Origin: an uncultured Collinsella sp.
Lineage (GTDB): Bacteria > Actinomycetota > Coriobacteriia > Coriobacteriales > Coriobacteriaceae
DNA: 52,078 bases
Reading direction: 5' to 3'
NCBI GenBank assembly: GCA_900547715.1
Contig: URHU01000001.1
Span: forward strand, 1 to 52,078
Each line of letters starts with the position of its first letter. The stretch's first letter is position 1. Below, piece by piece: positions 46,530 through 52,078 of the stretch. A program made the position numbers and the translations under genes. Below the pieces are notes generated by a model. It was not told where the DNA came from. It searched no databases and saw only the letters and a list, made by a program, of their open reading frames with translations.

Positions 46530-47453
46530 CTACCAGCTTTTCTCGATATCGCGGATGCGCCGATAGAGCCACTCGTTTTGCGGTGCCTGGATATCGTGTT
46601 TTGCTGCGAGGCGGCAGATGGTGCCCGCGAACTCATCAACCTCGGTTTTGCGCCTTGCGATGCGGTCTTGAGCCATCGAGGGCATACCGGCGGGGTCGAT
46701 TCCCTCGATGAGGTGCACCATTTGCGTCAGGTCTGCCTCGGTCAGTTCAACGCCCTCGGCGTTGGCGACCGCAAGCGTTTCGCGCATGGCGGAAACAAAG
46801 CAGCGACGCTGCTCGGAGCCCGGCTCCGTGGCGCTTCCGTAGGTCCCGCCGTAGGCCATGCAGGTCTGGTTGATGCCGTCGTTGAGCATGAGTTTGGCCC
46901 ACATGCGGTGGGCGATGTCGTCCTCGACGGTATGGGCGATGCCGCAGCGCGTATAGAGCTCGTCGATCGCGGTGATGGTTGCGGGGTTCGTGCCGGCCGC
47001 CGCGCCAAAGCGGATTTCGCCCGCATTGGTAAAGGTGAGCGCGCCGTTGAGAAACACGGCGTCCATGCCCTGGCAGATACCAAGAACGGTATGCTCCCAG
47101 CCAAAGCGTTCGGCAATCTTTTGCTCGCTCGTAATGCCGTTGCACAGCGAGGCGATGAGCGTGTTGGGTCCCACGACGCGCTCCATAGTCTTGAGTGCTT
47201 GGTCGAGACCGGTGGTCTTGACTGTCAGGATGACCAGATCGGCGGGCGTCGCCTCGCTGGCACGGACGGACGTGAGATCGCAGGGCTTGCCGTTGACGGT
47301 GAGCGCGTCGTTCGCATGACGCTCAAAACGGGCATCATCCATGACGTATTCGACGGCGTCGTTGCCGAGCGCCCGGGCGATCATGCTGCCGTAGAGCAGG
47401 CCGACGCCGCCCTTGCCGATAAAGGCGACCTTGTTGATCTGCATGTGAATCAT
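46530..47453 (-). CDS. panE: Ketopantoate reductase family (PanE/ApbA)
   Basis: GKGGVG, ILTVKT, LCNG, WAKLMLN, PSMAQD..ARRKTEVD. Confidence 0.85.
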   Translation of the reverse strand: MIHMQINKVAFIGKGGVGLLYGSMIARALGNDAVEYVMDDARFERHANDALTVNGKPCDLTSVRASEATPADLVILTVKTTGLDQALKTMERVVGPNTLIASLCNGITSEQKIAERFGWEHTVLGICQGMDAVFLNGALTFTNAGEIRFGAAAGTNPATITAIDELYTRCGIAHTVEDDIAHRMWAKLMLNDGINQTCMAYGGTYGSATEPGSEQRRCFVSAMRETLAVANAEGVELTEADLTQMVHLIEGIDPAGMPSMAQDRIARRKTEVDEFAGTICRLAAKHDIQAPQNEWLYRRIRDIEKSW

Positions 47454-47768
47454 CTCCCCATGTAAAAGGCGCCCGCGTAAGGGGCGCCTGATGGATTGTA
47501 TGCTGCCAGGGTGATTGGTGGGTGCGCGGGGCGGCTGTTATAAAAAAGAAACGTTTGCCTGGACGCTACGCTGCAGGGCAGACCGCAAAGACACGCGCGT
47601 GGTCATGCCCGGCTCCTTTCATCGGGCTTTTTGCTGATGTTAAAGCGGTGCCGTGACGGCTCGATTTCTGCTGCGTTACGATACGTTCTCAATTGCGATT
47701 CCGATGTGTTTCGATGACGTGACGGGTTTGTTTCGCCTTGTCAGGGTTTCGATGGGAGGGGAGGGGCC

Positions 47769-48959
47769 GTGCAATACCGCGTTGACCCTAAAAGTGGTAA
47801 CCGAATATCCGCTCTGGGTCTGGGCTGCATGAGGTTTCCCGGTGCGCCGGGACACCCCGATGCGAAGACGGCCGATGCCATCATCTCCCGTGCGGTGGAG
47901 CAGGGGATTAATTATCTGGACACGGCCTATCTCTATCCCGGCAACGAGGCTTGCGTGGGCGCTTCGCTTGAACGCCTGGGCTTGCGCGACCAGGTTTTGC
48001 TCGCAACCAAGCTGCCGCATGCTTCGTGCAAATGCGCGGAGGATTTCGATCGGTTTTTCGACGAGCAGCTGCGCCGCCTGCAGACCGACCATATCGACTA
48101 TTACCTTATGCACAACATCACCTCGCCTGCGCAGTGGGAGCGCGTGGTGGCGCTGGGCATCGAGGACTGGATCGCGCAGCAAAAGGCTGCAGGGCGTATT
48201 CGTCAGATAGGCTTTTCGTACCACGGCAGCGCGGCGGACTTCCTTACGATGCTCGATGCGTATGAGTGGGACTTTTGCCAGATCCAGTACAACTACGCTG
48301 GAGAGCGATATCAGGCGGGAACGGCGGGGCTCATGGCCGCCGCCGAGCGAGGTCTCGCGGTGTTTGTGATGGAGCCGCGTTTGGGCGGACGCTTGGCAGG
48401 CAAATTGCCTCCGCGGGCGCGCGCTGTTCTCGATGGTGCATGCGATCGGCATTTGCATACGCCTGCCGCTTGGGGGCTCTCGTGGGTGTGGAATCATCCT
48501 CAGGTGACGATGCTGCTTTCGGGTATGACCGATACCGCGCAGGTGGATGAGAACTCGTCACTGGCAGACCTCGCGTTGCCGAATTCGATGACTGCCAACC
48601 AGCTCGACACGATCGCGCACGTGCTGGATGAGTTTGAAAAATCGAATCGCGTGCCCTGCACGGGATGCGGCTACTGCATGCCATGTCCCAAGGGTATCAA
48701 CATTCCCGGCTGCTTTGCCGCCTACAACGCGAGCTATGCGCACAGCTGGTTTACGGGGCTGTCGCAATACTTTACGGCGAGTGCGGTGCGCACAAGCGAG
48801 GCCAAGCTGGCGAGCAATTGCGTCAAGTGCGGCAAATGCGCGCGCCACTGCCCGCAGCATATCGATATCCCCGAGCGTCTCGATGACGTGCGCCGGCGCT
48901 TCCAGCCGGGCCCCGTAACGGCCATGCTTAAAGTCTTCGGCAAAACACGCTCCTCATGA
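47769..48959 (+). CDS. Aldo/keto reductase with C-terminal 4Fe-4S domain
   Basis: LGLGCMR, DTAYLY, IGFSYH, QIQYNY, CTGCGYCMPCP, CVKCGKCARHCP. Confidence 0.92.
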   Translation: MQYRVDPKSGNRISALGLGCMRFPGAPGHPDAKTADAIISRAVEQGINYLDTAYLYPGNEACVGASLERLGLRDQVLLATKLPHASCKCAEDFDRFFDEQLRRLQTDHIDYYLMHNITSPAQWERVVALGIEDWIAQQKAAGRIRQIGFSYHGSAADFLTMLDAYEWDFCQIQYNYAGERYQAGTAGLMAAAERGLAVFVMEPRLGGRLAGKLPPRARAVLDGACDRHLHTPAAWGLSWVWNHPQVTMLLSGMTDTAQVDENSSLADLALPNSMTANQLDTIAHVLDEFEKSNRVPCTGCGYCMPCPKGINIPGCFAAYNASYAHSWFTGLSQYFTASAVRTSEAKLASNCVKCGKCARHCPQHIDIPERLDDVRRRFQPGPVTAMLKVFGKTRSS

Positions 48960-49044
48960 CCCTTTTATAACTTGCGGTGGAATAGTTCCTGTTTGCGGCA
49001 GAATAGGGGCCAAACAGGAACTATTTCACCGCAACTGAAGGGGG
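48960..49044 (+). repeat. Hairpin element copy 1
   Basis: CCCTTTTATAACTTGCGGTGGAATA...TATTTCACCGCAACTGAAGGGGG; a near-identical copy lies at 50124-50211. Confidence 0.85.
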
Positions 49045-49049
49045 CTGTC

Positions 49050-50069
49050 GTGGGTCATCGGGATTCATGTGATGATTTGCGTGAGGTTTGTTGGGGCGTT
49101 TTGGGCGCTGGACACATTTCGCATCGATTTGCATCGTCGCTCAAGGAGGTGGACGGGGCACGGCTTGTGGCTGCTGCCGGCCGCACTCCTTCGCATGTTG
49201 AGGAGTTTTGCAGGGCGTTTTCGATTGATGCCGCGCACAGTTATGCCACGGCTGACGATAGCGGCGATGTGGCTTATGATGCGCTGATTGCCGACCCCGA
49301 TGTCGACGCAATCTACTTGGCTCTTCCGCATGGCATGCATACGCGTTGGGCCTGTCGCGCGCTGCGCGCCGGAAAGGCCGTGCTGTGCGAAAAGCCGGCC
49401 GTTTTGAGTGAGGAAGAGGCTCTCTCGATTGCCTCCACCTCTCGTGAGCGCGGCGTGCTGTTTATGGAGGCGATGAAGAATCGGTTTTGCCCGATGCGCA
49501 CTCGCGTGAAGGACTTGCTTGCGTCGGGTGAGCTTGGCCGTATTGTCTCGATTGAAAGCGTGCAAAAGCTCGATTACGGCGAGCCTCCTTCGGGCTATCT
49601 GCTTGATTCGTTGCAGGGCGGCTGTCTATATGACATGGGCTGCTATGCGGTCGGTTGGTTTGAGGATTTGCTCGCGGGCGCGTGCGAGGTTTCATCCCGT
49701 GAAGTTCGCTGGCGTGACGTATCAGGCGGCCGCGTCGATTGGGCCGACGAGATCCGTATGAGCGTCGGCGGTATACCCATTCATATGGTGTGCGACGGCA
49801 AAGCAACATATGAAAGCCGCTTAACGATTGCCTGTGAGCGGGGCTCGTTGGAAATCGAGCGTCTCCATCGCCCCGAGCTCGCCCATGTGAAGTACTCCGA
49901 CGGGCGCACGCTCGAAATAAATGCCCCGTTTGAGGTCGATGATTTCTACGGCGAAATCCAGCATGCGACGCAGCTCATTCAGGCGGGGAAACTCGAAAGC
50001 CCCATCATGTCCCTAGCCGCCACACAGCGCTGTGCGCACATCATCGATGCGATTCGTTTGAAACTTTAG
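49050..50069 (+). CDS. Gfo/Idh/MocA oxidoreductase
   Basis: WGVLGAGHIS, YLALPHGMH, LCEKP, GGCLYDMGCY. GTG at 49050. Confidence 0.9.
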   Translation: MGHRDSCDDLREVCWGVLGAGHISHRFASSLKEVDGARLVAAAGRTPSHVEEFCRAFSIDAAHSYATADDSGDVAYDALIADPDVDAIYLALPHGMHTRWACRALRAGKAVLCEKPAVLSEEEALSIASTSRERGVLFMEAMKNRFCPMRTRVKDLLASGELGRIVSIESVQKLDYGEPPSGYLLDSLQGGCLYDMGCYAVGWFEDLLAGACEVSSREVRWRDVSGGRVDWADEIRMSVGGIPIHMVCDGKATYESRLTIACERGSLEIERLHRPELAHVKYSDGRTLEINAPFEVDDFYGEIQHATQLIQAGKLESPIMSLAATQRCAHIIDAIRLKL

Positions 50070-50123
50070 GGCGTGGGGCATGGCACCAGCGCTTGGAATG
50101 CCTGGAGGCCTTTGTCCCTGATG

Positions 50124-50211
50124 CCCCTTTTATAACTTGCGGTGGAATACGGTCTGTTTGCGCCAAAATAGGGCACCAATAGACCGTATTTCACCGCAAC
50201 TGATGAGGGGG
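50124..50211 (+). repeat. Hairpin element copy 2
   Basis: Same outer sequence as 48960-49044 with compensatory changes in the stem. Confidence 0.85.
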
Positions 50212-50219
50212 AGTTGGAG

Positions 50220-51086
50220 ATGCTGACGATCGGGTGTCATCTTTCGACGACGAAGGGCTATCGGGCGATGGGGGAGACGGCGCTGTCCATTGGCGCCAAT
50301 ACCTTTGCATTCTTTACGCGCAACCCGCGCGGTGGCAAGGCAAAAGAACTTGACATGGATGACGTGGCGGCTCTGCGCGAGCTTATGGCGCAAAACGACT
50401 TTGGACCGCTGGTGGCGCATGCCCCGTATACCTACAACCCCTGTTCTGCCAAAGAGCGGGCGCGCGAGTTTGCCTTGGAGGCAATGGCCGAGGACTTGCA
50501 GCGTCTGGAAGCACTGCCCGGCAACTACTACAACTTCCACCCCGGTGCGCATGTGGGACAGGGGGCAGACGCCGGCATTCAGATGATTGTCGACACGCTG
50601 TGCCAGGTGATGTTTGAGGGACAGCAGACGACGGTATTGCTCGAGACCATGGCGGGCAAGGGCACCGAGGTGGGCCGTAGCTTTGAAGAACTGGCGTGCA
50701 TTATCGAGGGCGTTGCCGCCAAGTGCCCAGAGCTGTCCGATAAGCTGGGCGTTTGTTTGGACACCTGCCATGTGAGCGATGCCGGCTACGACATCATCCA
50801 TGATCTGGACGGCGTACTCGACGAGTTCGACCGCGTGGTGGGTATCGATCGCTTGCATGCCGTACACATCAACGATTCGAAGAACCCTTGTGGCGCCCAT
50901 AAAGATCGTCACGAGTGCATCGGCAAGGGATACCTTGGCAGCGAGGAATTTGGTGGCGGTATGCAGGTTATGCAGAATATTGTATCGAATGGCCGTTTGC
51001 GTTCGCTGCCGTTTATTTTGGAGACTCCGAACGAACTTGCAGGTTATGCAGCTGAAATTAGACTATTAAGGTCATTGCAGCAGTAA
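50220..51086 (+). CDS. nfo: Endonuclease IV
   Basis: [40 protein letters not shown]. Confidence 0.95.
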   Translation: MLTIGCHLSTTKGYRAMGETALSIGANTFAFFTRNPRGGKAKELDMDDVAALRELMAQNDFGPLVAHAPYTYNPCSAKERAREFALEAMAEDLQRLEALPGNYYNFHPGAHVGQGADAGIQMIVDTLCQVMFEGQQTTVLLETMAGKGTEVGRSFEELACIIEGVAAKCPELSDKLGVCLDTCHVSDAGYDIIHDLDGVLDEFDRVVGIDRLHAVHINDSKNPCGAHKDRHECIGKGYLGSEEFGGGMQVMQNIVSNGRLRSLPFILETPNELAGYAAEIRLLRSLQQ

Positions 51087-51233
51087 TGACTGTCACAAAG
51101 TAGAGTATTCAATTCACGTTATGGGTTTGTTTCAATCAGTTTTCTCATTGCAGATTCGTAATTCCGGGTGCATAATAGCCAACAGTTTTTGCAGACCTCT
51201 GAATCAAACGAGGTCACCGGAAGGAGACTGATT

Positions 51234-52030
51234 ATGAAGCTGAAGAAGCTTGGCGCATTTGCCGCCACGGGTGCTATGGCGCTCGCCCTTGCTCTGACGG
51301 GCTGCGGCTCGTCCAACGCCACCTCTGGTTCTGATGCCGGTTCCAGCAGCTCTGACGACGCTAAGGTCGAGAAGGTCGACGGCTCCAAGGAGTATGCGCT
51401 CGTCAAGGACGGTACGCTCACCGTCGGCACCTCTGCCGAGTACGCTCCGTTTGAGTACAAAGATGACAACGGCGATTATCAGGGCTTTGACCTTGAGCTC
51501 ATCAAGGCTATCGGCGACAAGCTGGGCCTGGATGTCGAGTATGTCAACAATGACTTTGACACGCTGGTTCCGGGCGTCGCTTCGGGCGCCAAGTATGACG
51601 TTTCCATCGCGGCTATCACCGACACGCCCGAGCGTGAGAAGGAAGTCACTTTCTCTGATTCCTACTACATGGACGATCAGGCTATCGTGACCAAGGTCGA
51701 TAACACCGACATCACGGCCGATAACTACAGCGAGAAGCTCAACAATTCCGACGCTACCATCATCGTCCAGTCTGGCTCGACCGCCGAGGCCTTTGCCCAG
51801 GAGAACTTCCCCAAGGCCAAGATCGTCCCCTACAAGGACGCCACCGAGTGCTTTAGCGCTCTGCAGTCCGATAAGGGCGACGCCGTAGTCACCAACCGCT
51901 CCGTTGCCAGCCAGCTGACCGCCGAGCAGTTCAACACCTGCCAGACCATCAAGCAGATCAGCACCGGCGAGGAGTACGCCATTGCCATCAACCAGGGCAA
52001 CACCAAGCTCAAGGATGACATCAACCAGGC
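51234..52030 (+). CDS. Polar amino-acid ABC transporter substrate-binding lipoprotein (3'-truncated)
   Basis: AAGGAG RBS; MKLKKLG...LALTGC lipobox; LTVGTSAEYAPFE, GFDLEL, ITDTPER, FSDSYY. No stop before the adapter, so absent from the ORF track. Confidence 0.92.
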
Positions 52031-52078
52031 CTGTCTCTTATACACATCTGACGCTGCCGACGATCTTACGCGTGTAGA
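52031..52078 (-). other. Untrimmed Nextera adapter, i5 index and P5 start; artefact
   Basis: CTGTCTCTTATACACATCT-GACGCTGCCGACGA-TCTTACGC-GTGTAGA. Confidence 0.98.

Noticed and set aside
48960..50211. Integron attC interpretation of the duplicated hairpin
   Set aside because: No proper RYYYAAC/GTTRRRY ends or extrahelical bases, and no integron integrase; kept as an unexplained element.
51101..51120. Possible ARG box upstream of the amino-acid ABC binding protein (reverse GTGAATTGAATACTCTA)
   Set aside because: A single degenerate match; insufficient without a PWM scan.
1..52078. Whole window flanked by inverted 19-bp Tn5 ends, resembling a composite transposon
   Set aside because: The ends include Nextera primer tails, an index and P5 sequence, so they are a library artefact; there is no transposase.

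Overview
A 52 kb GC-rich bacterial contig. Gene content and style suggest a gut Coriobacteriia such as Collinsella (inference). Both ends carry untrimmed Nextera adapter sequence (1-25 and 52031-52078). Most of the window is housekeeping: the start of a Tad/Flp pilus locus, rsgA, a P-type ATPase, pyk, a Ni/Co ECF transporter, pheST with a T-box, an M32 peptidase, glmM, tRNA-Val, nrdDG, folE-HD-folB, rnhA, LysR-metY, nfo and an amino-acid ABC binding protein. The standout accessory locus lies directly after tRNA-Val (23126-30225): Sfp-type PPTase, TetR, an atypical SCP2-type thiolase, a DUF35 Zn-ribbon/OB-fold partner, a non-canonical acyl carrier protein, a phosphotransacylase, a butyrate kinase and an MFS transporter. 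It looks like a self-contained carrier-protein-dependent short-acyl pathway with no ketosynthase or adenylation enzyme. Notable non-coding signals are a two-state RNA leader occluding the P-type ATPase RBS, a Met/Cys leader-peptide attenuator candidate before metY, a NikR-type operator, tandem NrdR boxes, a duplicated covarying hairpin element before two consecutive genes, and several long REP-like palindromes. All calls come from reading the sequence; no searches were run.
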